A stretch of 64,000 nucleotides of DNA from Cenococcum geophilum. Lineage: Eukaryota. Of this stretch, positions 21,906 through 34,278 are shown one piece after another (position 1 is the first letter of the stretch; each line of letters starts with the position of its first letter). The notes under the pieces were generated by a model, which was not told the origin of the DNA, did not search any database, and saw only the letters and a list, made by a program, of their open reading frames with translations. The stretch lies in assembly GCA_050273025.1 (NCBI GenBank), contig CP158635.1, positions 26,536,001 through 26,600,000 on the forward strand. Direction: 5' to 3'. The translations under genes were made by a program, and so were the position numbers.

Positions 21906-24900
21906 CTTACTAGATATATAATTATAAGATTTAATTAAAAGCTAATAACTTACTAGGTTATAGCCCCCTCTACTAATAATTAATAGATAAGCTAAAAGTA
22001 ATAAAGTAGTACTTAATTAATAACCTGAATAAAGGGTTTATCGAGCTAAGTTAAGCCCCTTTTGCTTCCCCTATCCTATTTATAAAAAAGCTTAATAAAG
22101 GCCTCCGCTTTTATATCGACTATTAAAAGCTAAACACTATTACTTAAAAGGATAGGTATTCTATTCCTTTAATTAATAAGACCCTTACACGTTTAAGCCG
22201 GGTAAAGATCTTTACTAAACTTAATATCTGTTAAGCTTTCTACCAAATTAGAATAGACCCCGTATTTAAAGATTTAACTATATTCCGTACCTATTATGGC
22301 TCCTATAAATATAAAATTCTTTCCTTTAGACTAATAAACGGACTAGCTACGTATTAAAGGTATATAAATAACGTTTTTTAATTACCTAGACGAATTTTGT
22401 ACGGCATACCTAGACGAAATTCTTATATACTTAGATAACGAACTTAAGTATTAAGTTTATGTTAAAAAGGTCCTAGAGAAACTATAGAACGTAGGCTTAT
22501 AAGTTAATATTAAGAAATATAAGTTTAGGGTAAAATATATAAAGTACCTTAGGTTTATTATAACTATAAAAGGAATTAAAGTTAACTCTAAGAAGGTAGA
22601 AGTAATCTATAACTAGAAGCCCCCTTATATAGTAAAAGGGATCCAGTTTTTCCTTAGCTTTTATAACTTCTACTACCAGTTTATCCGTAACTATAGAATT
22701 ATAGCGAAACCCCTTATTTAACTAACTAGGAAGGACACGCCTTTTATCTTTAATAATAACTATATAAAGGCCTTTAAAGAGATAAAAGATCGGCTTATCT
22801 CTTCCTTAATCCTTTATTACTATAACCTAAACCTTAAATTAATGCTAGAAACGGATACTTCTAATAGGGTTATAGCGGGAATCCTATTATAGCTATATCT
22901 GGACGGCAAATGGTACCCTATTACCTTTTTCTTAAAAATAATAGACCTAGCTAAGTATAACTATAAAGTATATAATAAAGAAATACTATCTATTATTTAA
23001 TTACTATCCTAATAGCGCGTAGAGCTTAAAGGTATAAACTCTAGGATTAAGATATATATAGATTATAAAGCCCTAAAGTACTTTATAATTATAAAGTAGC
23101 TTACTAAATAGTAAGCCCAGTAAGCCAAAATACTCTTATAATTCTTCTTTATAATTATATATTATTTTAGTAAGTAAAACTCTAAGGCTAATGCCCTAAC
23201 CTAAAGAGAATAAGATATAGGACCTTAGGATAAGTTAAAGACCCTATACCGGACGCGCGCCCTTTTTTACCCTAAATAGCTTAACCTGTGGATCCTTAAG
23301 GAGCTAGACTTCTAGTAAAACCAGCTAGCATTAATAGAGGAGTTCTTAAATAAACTAATAGGGTTAATTAACCACCTTCTAACTATAAACCGTATGGCTA
23401 ACGCCCTAAAGGCCCTTTATAACTAAGCCGTAAAAGAAAACCCTAATTTTAAAATAGAGGAAAGATTGCTCCTATACTAGGAGCGGCTTATAGTTCCTAA
23501 CGTTAATAACCTATAGACTAAACTAATCCGCGAAGCTTATTATTAAGTTTCTATAGCATACCCCAGTAAAAATAAGATATATAAAATTATTAACTACTAC
23601 TACTAGCTAAGAATAGTTGCGGATATTAACCGATATATACGGAACTGCGAAGACTGCTAGAGAGCTATAACCCTACGGGATAAAACCCTAGGACTACTTA
23701 AGCTACTCCTAATACTAAAGCGCCCTTAGTAGTATATCTTTATAGACTTTTATAAGCTACCTATAGACTATAACGAATATAATATGGTTATAGTTATAGT
23801 TAACCACTTTAGTAAACGCCTGTTCTCCCTTCCCTATTATAAGAATATTAATACTAATAAAGTAGCCCGGTTATATGTCTACTATATTTACCAAATTTAT
23901 AAACTACTAAATACTATCGTATCTAATTATAGGCTATAGTTTATATCGGCCTTCTAGAACGAGTTTACCTAGATCTTAGGCATTAAGCTAAAGCTTTTTA
24001 TAGCTTACTACTCCTAGATAAACGGTTAGATGGAGATTATAAATTAGTACCTAAACTAGAGGCTTAGGCCCTTTATTAACTACTTCTAGGATAACTGGTC
24101 TAAACTACTACCTTTAATAGACTATGCCTAAGTAACTCTACCCCATAACTTTATGGGGTTTGCCCTAATTTAGCTAGAAATAGGATACTTACCCTATATA
24201 AGCTTTAACTAAAAAAGGCTAAAAGAACCCCAGACTGTATAAGAGAAGCTATCCTATAGTAAGGCCTAATAGTATATTAAACGCTTAGAGGAAGCCTAAA
24301 TAGTAGCCTATAAGAACCTAGGAAAAGCCTAAAGGTTAATAGAATAGCAGGCGAATAAACACTATTAAGAGCCTAACTTTGCCCCTAGTTATATAGTCTA
24401 GGTTATAATAAAGAATTAGAAAACTAAACAACCTAGCTATAAGTTAAACTACTAGATGGCAGGACCGTACGAGGTTCTTAAGAAGTTAGGCAACTTATAT
24501 AAGGTAAAGCTCCCGGATTTAATTAGGGTGCACTCTATTTTCTTATTAGATAAATTATAGAAAGCTATAAACAACCTATTACCTAGATAAAAGAATAAGC
24601 TTTCCCTACTAATTTAAGTAAATAGTGACAATAAATGGGAAGTTAATAAAATACTAGCCTGTAAGATAGTATAGGGAATATTAAAATACCGTATTTAATA
24701 GAAGGGCTACGACCTGGACCTAACCTAGTACCTTATATATAACTTTATAAGCTGCCCCTAGAAGCTTAAAGAGTTCTATAACTAATACCCTAATACACCT
24801 AGACCCCTAAAGTACTTAAATAAGTAAATAGAATACTGGTATAATAAAGATAATAAGTTACTAGAGGAGTATAGGGATAAAAACGCCCTAAAGCCCTAAT

Positions 24901-27359
24901 ATAGCTGTCTACTAAATTCTACCAGATTCTGCCGTTTTCTACTAGTACCGTAAAACTTTAAATATCTAGGAACTTCGATCGCCGGTTAAAGTTATCTAAT
25001 TAGTTAGATCCTTACTAAGACTTTTAGCAGCTACTTTTTCTAGCCTAGCGCTTCTACTTAACCCACGGTCGCCTTTTGGTATTTAGTCTAAACGCGCTTA
25101 TATCTTCTTTCTTTCCTTATCTTATATTTTGTAATCTTATATTTTAGAAGCCTAGTGCTATCTTATTTCTAATTAAGCCTAAGGGCAGGCATTCTTTTAA
25201 AGAGGGGGGTAATATAACGGCGCTATTGCACGTTACCTACCAAATTCTACCAATTTATAATTGGCTCGCCTAAAGCTAGCGCCTTGGCGGATTACCCTAT
25301 ATATTTATTTATATTGGTTCTAGCGACCCCTTTTCCTTCTCCTTAGTTTAGTATCTTTGTAATACAGCATTCGTTTAAGCTTCGGTTTAAAGGCATTTGT
25401 TTAAGCTATAATAATAACTAAATAGCTATAAAGATCTTATTATAGACCTAGACGCTACTATAACTAGAATACCTTAACCCCTAAATATAGGCAGAACTAA
25501 GTATAGACTTTTTAGGCGCCGAGATATATTCTATTAACTCCTCTAAACTTAACCTTATTAATAAACTACTATAGGCTAACTAAATAACCCCCTCTCTATA
25601 GAAGTACCGTAAAAAGGTAAAGAACATTACTAGCCTATAGTCCCTTAAAAACGGACTACTTAAGCACTAGAAACGGCTAGTAGTAGCTAAGGAATAGGAC
25701 TTATAGATTTAGTTTATTACTAAAGCTTATACCTAGGTCTCTACGGCCTACTCTAGAAAAAAAATAAGAGCCGCAAGATTATTAGTAACCGCTACTACTA
25801 GCCTAAAATAGTTATATTAACCGCTATATACGGAACTGTAATAACTGCTATAAATTTATAAATTTATAAGATAAGACCTTAGAACTATTAAAGCTACTCC
25901 TAATACTAGAACGCCCCTAGCAGTATATCTTTATAGACTTTTATAAACTACCTATAAACCGTAACGGATATAATATAGTTATAATCCTAGTTAACTACTT
26001 TAGTAAGCGCCTGTTCTTAATCCCCTATTATAAGAATATTAATACTAAAGAGGCGGCCTAATTATATATCTATTACGTCTACCGAATTTACGGACTACTA
26101 AATGCTGTTATATCCGATTATAGGCCGTAATTTATATTAGCTTTTTAGAATAAGTTTACCTAAATCTTAGGTATTAAGCTAAAGCTTTCTATAGCATACT
26201 ACCCCTAGATAAATAGTTAGACGGAAATTATAAATTAATACTTAGACTAAAGACTTCGGCTATTTATTAACTACTTCTAAAATAACTAGGCTAAACTACT
26301 ACCCCTTATAAACTACGCCTAAGCGACCCTATCCTATTGCTTTATAGGATTTACCTTTATCTAACTAGAAATAGGCTACTTACCCTATATAAGCTTTAAC
26401 TGGGAAAAACTAAAAGGACCCTAAACTTTATGCGAAAAACTATCTTATAAGGAAGCTAGTAGTACGCTAAGTGCTTAAAAGAAGCCTAGATAGTAGCCTA
26501 TACAAATCTAAAAAAGGCCTAAAAATTAATATAATAGTAGGCGAATAAGTATAGGCGAGAGCCTAACTTTACTATAGGAGATATAGTTTAGGTTATAATA
26601 AAGAACTAAAAGACGGAACAACCTAGCTATAAGCTAGACTATTAGATAGCAGGACCGTATAAGGTTCTTAAGAAGATAGGTAACTTATATAAAGTAAAGC
26701 TCCCAGATATAATTAAAGTTTACTCTATTTTCTCTCTAAATAAGCTATAAAAAGCCGTAAATAACCTATTACCTAGATAAAAGAATATACCTCCCCTACT
26801 AATTTAAGTTAATAGCAACAATAAATAGGAAATTAAAGAAATACTAGTTTATAAGCTTATAAGAGGAATATTAAAATATTGTGTTAGTTGGAAAGGATAT
26901 AACCTAGACCCTACTTAGTACCCTATATCGAACTTTATAGGTAGTCCCTATAAGCTTTAAAAGTTTTATAGCTGTTACCCTAATAAACCCAGACCCCTAA
27001 AGTACCTTAACAAGTAAATAGAGTACTAGAATAGTAAAGATAAAAAGCTGCCTATTAAGTATAAAGATAAGAATACCCTACGGATATATAAAGCCTAAGG
27101 GTAGGCTTTTTTAAAGGGGGGGTAATATTATAGCGCTAGTGGAAACTAGTAGATTATAGCAGATAATCGTAGATAGTTTTAGACAGTTTTAGACAATTGC
27201 TATTACGTAATTAAAGGATTATATATAACGTTAAGTGGCGCCGCCCTCTATTTTCCTTCCTTTTTCTAGCTTTAGATTTTTATTTATAGGCAATCTAATT
27301 GTATAGGCTTACGCGACCCTTTTGCTGTACTTGTGCCTTGATTAACTAAATCGCTAATA

Positions 27360-27432
27360 GCTAATCTCTGCCTCCTTACTTACCTACTTTTACCTAAAAC
27401 GGCCCTTAAGGCTAAAAACTAACTCCTTAAAT
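27360..27432 (+). mobile_element. Fragment of a further outer Gypsy (RT/RNase H linker)
   Basis: Translates LISASLLTYFYLKRPLRLKTNSLN, colinear with 19446-19517 of element B (de-RIPed LETDASD motif). Confidence 0.75.
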
Positions 27433-30400
27433 TATTAACGACTTAGTTAATTAAGGTATAAGCATAGTATAAGGGACGCGCAAGCCTATACGATTAGGTT
27501 GTCTATAAACGAGAATTTAAAGTTAAGGAAAGAAAAGGAGAAGAAAAGTAGCGCCGCTTAATATTTTATAAGATCTTTACGTTATATAACCGTAATATAT
27601 AGCAATTTGTAGCAACTTACTAGTGTAAAGTTTTACTAAGTTTTGCTAACTAAGTTCTACTATTTTCTGCTAGTGCTGTAATATTACCTCCCACCCCCCT
27701 TAGTAAAGCCTGTCCTTAGGCTTTATATATCTATATTACTTCTATAGGGCGTTCTTATCCTTATATTATTCTAGTAGCTTATTATCTTTACTATACTAGT
27801 ACTCTATTTACTCGTTTAGGTACTTTAGAGGTCTTAGTTTATTAGGGTAATAGTTATAAAAATTTTAAAGCTTATAGGGACTACTAATAAAGTTCTATAT
27901 AGGGTACCAGATAGGATTTAGGTTATAGCCTTTCTAACTAACGCAGTATTTTAGCGTTCTCCTTACTAGTTTATAGGCTAGTATTTCTTTAATTTCCTAT
28001 TTATTATTACTATTAACTTAAATCGGTAGGGGGGGTTTGTTCTTTTATCTAGGTAATAGGTTATCTATAGCTTTATATAGTTTATCTAGTAAGAAAATAG
28101 GGTAAACCTTTATTAAATCCGGGAGCTTTACCTTATATAGTTCTACTATTTAATAGTCTAGCTTATAGCTAGCTAGGTCGTCCCGTTTTCTAGTTCTTTA
28201 TTATAACCTAGACTATTACCTATAGTAAAGTTAGGCTTACGTCTATACTTATTTATTTACTATTTTATTAATTTTTAGGCCTTTTTAAGATTTATATAGG
28301 CTGTAATAAGGCCTTATAGGAAATACTACGATAGACCTGTTAATGGGCTAAGTATATAGGTATAAAATAGTTAATAACGTAAATATAACTAGTAGAGTTA
28401 TTACCTAATAGATTAACTCTAATTATATTCTAAGATTTACTATAAAAAAGAGAAACTATTTATAGAGACCGTCTATCCTTAAATATATAACCCCTCCCTA
28501 TAGTAAAGGTTTAGTACATTAGTATATTAGTATATTAGTACATTACATTTCTACATTTCTATATTTCTACGTTCTAAACTTATAACGTAACTAGCTATAT
28601 AACTTAGCTACCTTTTATTATATAGCTTAATTGGTTTTAGCGCCTCCTATACTATTTTAACTAACCCGTTTATATCTATCTTTAGTAGTTATACTACTGC
28701 TAATATAAGGTCCGTAACACTATCTCCCTCCTTTTTATTTTTATCCTTAAAGATATCTCCTATCTCTAAGTCGTCTATTAGAGGTATAGCATTCCCGTCT
28801 TTAATTTAATAACCTTTATTATTCCTAATGCCTCCTATTAGATCCTCTACGTCTAATTATTATAACCGGCTAGTAACGTTTATTCTTTTACTTAGTGAAG
28901 TTATACCGTCCTATTCTTATTATACGGAGAAGAAGTTAGTATATATTACAATCGCGGCTCTATCTAGTTACTAACTTTTTTTCTACGCTAAGTATACATA
29001 AGCGAACATGCAATTATTTTATAATATTTAATCTATCTCTAACGCTAAGTATACGCGTCTTATTAGTCTTTATAACCGTTTAGTTCCTTATTAATCTATT
29101 CTAGGGTCCTATATATTAGTAGCGGCCAAAAAACTAGAAAGTAAGCTAGCTAAGGCCCTTACTAAAGTTTAACATCGTTTTAATAAGGCGTCTTAGTGTC
29201 ACGGCACTGACCTGACGTATACTGTTTCATACTATCTCGTACTATTTCCTACTGTTAGCTAGCCCACCACTAGCGACTTGGCGGCCGGCCCTACTATTTA
29301 TATATAATACCCCCTTTCTACCTTCTTCCCCTCTTTATACCACAACGTAGTTATTTAGTTTACTTTATTGCAGCACTGTAACAGTTTGTGGTATCTTTAA
29401 TTTGCGCCCCATCGCGATTACTAATTCCTTATACCCTAGCTAATTAACCTCCGCCCTAGAGCAATCGCAACCTATATATACCTCTGCTAAAACTAATACG
29501 TCCCTAGCATAGTCCTAAAATAATCCTTAGTTTTTACCTAGCGCCTAAATAGGCAACACTAATAACGCCGAAATAGCTAAAACCTAGAACCCCCGTGACG
29601 TTTTCGCAGACCTCTTTATAGAGATATACCCCAATATCGCGTGAATAATCCGCCGCTCCCCACTATACCCTAAGACCTTTAAGCCCAGCAAAGCTTACCT
29701 TACCCTTATTAACTATACTAACGAGTTCCTTAACAATATTAAAGTAGGACTATAGTGCATATATAACACAAACACCGCCAATAAAAAAGCTAATAAAAAC
29801 CTTAGTGCCCTTATCGCCTCCTAGATAGGAACTATTAACTCCTAGGTAGAGACTATTACCGTTCTAAAACAATCAACCCCTATAATAACAGTAGTAACCT
29901 AGCAGAAAAAACGGAGATCTAAAGACCCGCTAATATTTAGCGGAAAAGGCACCCTGCTAAAATAATAAGCTAAATTTAAGACCTAGCATATTAAGATTAA
30001 GGGAGTCTTTAACCGGGACTAGAACTACTTTAATATAGTTTAGTCCCAGATCCTTTATATCTTAGATATACTAGAGGACAAGGCCTATAAATTTATTAAG
30101 TAGGGCCTAGAGCTTATACATAAGAACCCAAACAACATATCTACGTAAAAATGGCCTACTAAGGAAGATATACTTAAAGACCTTACTGCCCACTATAAGG
30201 TCCTTAATATAACCCAGGTCGTAAAGAATAAGCTTAACTATTTCCCCTAGGGCAAGCGTAATTACTAGTCCTAGAAGGGAGAGCTTAATAAGCTAATAGC
30301 CCGCGCCAAGAAGATAAATAAATAGAAGGTGGACCTACTCTAAAAGTTTATCTCTCCAAAGATAGAAGAGCTGGCACTTAGACTTGCTTACGAAATTAAT

Positions 30401-32129
30401 AACAGTAACTATATAGGTTAGAGCAAGTAGATAGATATATTCGCTAAGAACCTTATAAACTATATACATTAACTACTACCTACCTACTTAAGCCCCTGCC
30501 CCTATATTAACCCTAACCCTAGCAGTAACTAAAGAACCTATAAACCTTAATAAAATCTTAAATATAAAGCGCAAGCGCCGCGTTAATAATAGACTATACC
30601 TTGCCTATAGCCTACCTGGCCACTAAAAGGATGCCTATAACCCTACTAAGATAGTAAACCTAGTCCTAATACCACCCCATTAAACGACGCGAACTAATAA
30701 CCGCGGATGTAGTAACCATAAAGTCCATTATAGACGCGGTAACCGCGGAGCCTATTATAGCCGCGGCGGACAACCCCCCCTTTAACCCTACAGCTTAGTT
30801 ACTCCAAACTATACCCTATATAGGAGCCCAACCTGTTAACAACGCCTAATATTAGCGACTTCACGCTAGCGAATATAAACACAGCCACGTCGTTAGTAAG
30901 GTATTATCTTCCTATACCCCAACTAAAACTGAGACCAATACTACCAGCTAGACGGACACTAGACCGCCCCGCCAAGACAGCCCTATACCCTAATCGTTAA
31001 AAGGCAAACCCTTAAACTAAGTCGCGTCTAAGGGTCTAAACCATATAAGGAGGAAGACAAGAAGATTAGGTCCCTATTACTAGATTAATTAGTCCTTTCT
31101 ATTAGTAAACTGCCACTTAATCTTAGATTAGTAAATAGTAACAAAAAATTAATCCTTATTTAAACCTAACTCTCCTTATTACATAACCTATACCCTTAAG
31201 TTTATATTAATACAGTAAGCCTAGTAGACTCTAGTAGTACTATAATAGCATTTACCAACGCAGAGTCTATTATAAGAAAGTATAACATTATAACTAAGAA
31301 GCTACTAGCACCTAGGCTACTACGCCTTACAGATAGCATTCTAACTTCGCTTATTACAAACTACTTCACCGCCTAAATATTAATTAGCCTCTATACTAAA
31401 GCTATACTCTTTTTTATTACTAAACTCTCGCCCACTACCCTAATTATCCTAGGCATACCCTGGCTTTAGAAGCATAAGCCCCGCCCTAGCTTTAGAAAAC
31501 TTAAAATCCGCTTTAACTTAGACTACTACTCTAGGCACTACCTCCCGTAGGGGATAACCGAAATTAATAGGGACGCCCTACGTAAATACTTAGCACTACT
31601 AAGCCTAGTGCCTAGGACTATATATAAAACTCTAATAGTAAAAGATATTTCTAATAAAGGGGAGCCTATACAGCTATAAAGAAATAAAACAGTAGAAGAC
31701 TAGACTACCCTAGCACTTAAGACTAAAACAATGGGCTAGCTAGCCCTACTAAGACTAAGGAAGAAGGTCCACTTTACGCCGCCACTATTAAGAATCTAAC
31801 CCTAACCCAGGCACTATTTAAACCCTAGCCGCCTAGCCTAACACCTAGAACTAAGCCATATGCCATATACACACACTATAGCTCGCGTTATAGTAAGGAC
31901 TAGCTATAAAACTACTAAGACCTAGATAATAGAAACCGCACCACTATAACACCTAACCTTACACCTGTCTCCCGCGCGTACTATATAAAGCCACCGCCTT
32001 ATTTCCGCCCCCCTAGGCTAACTAAGCTATACTAGCTTAGCCATAGCACCGGAGAACCAGATACGCCCCAACCTAGATAATATTAAATGCACTTATACTA
32101 TTAATTTTACCCAGTTCTATAAATAAAAA

Positions 32130-34278
32130 AAATACTCGAAAAAAAGCTTTACCACACATGCAACCTTACCGAAAGGTGGCGCCGCACTTCAAAACTTACG
32201 CATACCCATCTTACCATCAAAAACAATCGATTTCCTAACTTTCAAGACCTAATTCTCACTGCCTAGCGAGCTAGAGATGGATTTATTTGTCATTTTACCC
32301 CCTTTCCCCTAGCAGAAAATTCTTCTTAGGGGTGGTCCTAGCTTATAAGCGAGGCACGGACAGGAACACCAAAACTACGACTACTACTACGAATACCAAT
32401 AGGGGCTAGTCTTTCTACTACCTTTTAGCCTAATCTCCCCAGAAATCTTCTAGTAGGATTAGTAAGGAGAAAGGGTATAAAGATAGTAAAAACTAGAAGC
32501 CCCCCTATAAGATATAAAATGCCAAGGCCTAATAGGTCTAAAAAAAAACCTCCTATAGAAATAAGTGATGAAGATTCTACATCTACTTTTTCTCCCCCTT
32601 CTCCTTCTCCTGGCCCGTTTAGGACAGGAGAAAAAAGAGGACATCCTCAGTCTTCTCCTGAAAAAGAAAACCAAAAACCTGTAAAAAAGACAATAAAACC
32701 AACGACTACTATAGATAGTATGCATAATATACCTCTCTCTTCCCTTTCTCCGGAGGAACATCTATGCGAGGCTTTAAGAAGCCTAATCCAGGCCTATAGA
32801 GGGCTAGAAGGAGAAGAGCAAGAAGAACAAGTTGGACAGCTAGTAGACTATACACAAAATATCCTAATAGGAAAAAACCCCTTTGCAAAAGAAGAAGAAG
32901 AAGAAGAGGCAAAAGAGGTCCTAGAAGGACTAGTAGAAGAAGTAAGAGCTCTCCGTAAGGAGGTAGCTTCTACTAAAAATACTTACGCAGAGAGACTGAA
33001 GAAGGACCTCCCTTCTTCCTCGTCCTCCCTACCCTCCTTATTATCACCACCACTACCTTCTACCCCTTCTCCTTCTAGTAGGGGTTCTACTTCTACTAGA
33101 AGTAAGAAAAAGCAGCTATAAGAAAGGAAGCTAGTCCTAATTACAAATGAAAAGGACCAACCTCTAGATACCTTCTCTATACGAAATAAAGTCAATCAAC
33201 TATTTGCATCAAAACTGCAAGTAAAAAAGCCAGTTCTAGCATCTATAGCTAGAACTAAAGGAAAACAAAATATTCTCCTTACGACTACAGAAGAGTATAA
33301 TGCAGATTTCCTAGTCAAATATAAGGAGATCTGGCAAAACTGCTTTACCTTTCAAAGAGAACAAAAACTAGAACCATGGGTTCAAATTATAGCCCATGGG
33401 GTTCCTACCCTACCGTTCTTAGGAGAAGGAGGCTCTAAGCTTCTAAAAGAGGAAATTGAGACTTTTAATCCTATAAGGATACAAGGACTACCTAGATGGA
33501 TCTCATCTAGCGTAAAAAGACACGATCCACAGACCAGATTTGGCTCTATAGTTTTTACTATAGAGAACGAAGAAAAAAGACAAGAAATCCTCAAGCAAAA
33601 AGAGATATTAATTGCAGGTACAGCTACTAAGGTAGTAAAATACCTCGAAGTCTCTCCTACTACGCAGTGTAATAGCTGCCAAAAATTTGGCCATATAGGA
33701 GACAGATGCTCTACTAGGGCCTGTAGATATTGTGCGGCTGCACATCTATCTAAAGACCACTGCTGTCCTACTTGCTTAATAAGCGGCAGGCCTTGTAAGC
33801 ATACCACCCCTCTTTGCATTAATTGTAAAGAAAAACACTTTGCTAATAGTAGAGACTGCGAGAATCTTAGAGCAGCTAAACTAGTACATAGTACTAGCGT
33901 AGAAGACTCTATGGAAGAATAAAATTAATAGGAGTCTAGAAGGAGGTAGCTCCTACTAGGCTCTTAGGTTAAAAGACAGTAGAGAGCAAAAGGATAGAAA
34001 TAAATTGCAAAAGGACAGGGATAGGGGTTAGGATTTCTTATAGGATTTCTTACCATTTTCTCATTCCCTAGTAGTTGTAGTATCTTAGTATTTTTACTAG
34101 GAAACTATAAACTCCTAATTTAGGGGTTTATAAACTACTAGGACATAGCTACTAGTATATATTAAGCTGCCTAAGAAAAGGATTTATGTATATAGAACTA
34201 TAGCGCCATAGCCAAAAGGCTGCATGCGCAGTATTGTACGTAGTATAATACAACGGATAAAAAAATAAAAAAATAAAA
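32130..34278 (+). mobile_element. ORF1-only non-autonomous LINE derivative (HAL1-like architecture)
   Basis: 5' UTR and 3' UTR/(TAAAAAA)n tail homologous to the full LINEs; probable TSD AAATAAAAA (32121-32129, 34279-34287); ORF2 absent. Confidence 0.88.
32519..33922 (+). pseudogene. LINE ORF1 gag-like protein (467 codons), single in-frame stop at 33119-33121
   Basis: The track ORF 32519-33121 continues in frame past one TAA (ex-CAA) to QCNSCQKFGHIGDRC...CRYCAAAHLSKDH...CINCKEKHFANSRDC...SMEE*. Confidence 0.9.

Larger units (their letters stand above)
213..25413 (+). mobile_element. Ty3/Gypsy chromovirus 'A', full length, RIP-degenerate, carrying four nested insertions
   Basis: 201-bp LTRs at 213-413 and 25213-25413; 5-bp TSD ATAAC (208-212, 25414-25418); PPT AGAGGGGGG before the 3' LTR. 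gag zinc knuckle ~8060-8105, protease ~8300-8600, RT (YLDE-like ~22387/22407), RNase H, integrase, chromodomain ~24620-24890. Confidence 0.92.
1..27359 (+). mobile_element. Ty3/Gypsy chromovirus 'Z' (5' part outside the window), RIP-degenerate; host of element A
   Basis: RNase H remnant at 1-212 resumes at 25419 after element A (TSD ATAAC). Integrase and chromodomain remnants run to ~27090, then polypurine tract AAAGGGGGGG and a 3' LTR at 27126-27359 (TATTA..TAATA = RIPed TGTTA..TAACA). Confidence 0.85.

Noticed and set aside
29384..29400. tRNA-iMet primer-binding site (TGGTATC) in element E
   Set aside because: Only 7 nt match and it is offset from the LTR; insufficient to call.
32459..33819. 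Minus-strand ORFs 32459-32761, 32709-32912, 32983-33195 and 33382-33819
   Set aside because: Antisense shadows of the LINE ORF1.
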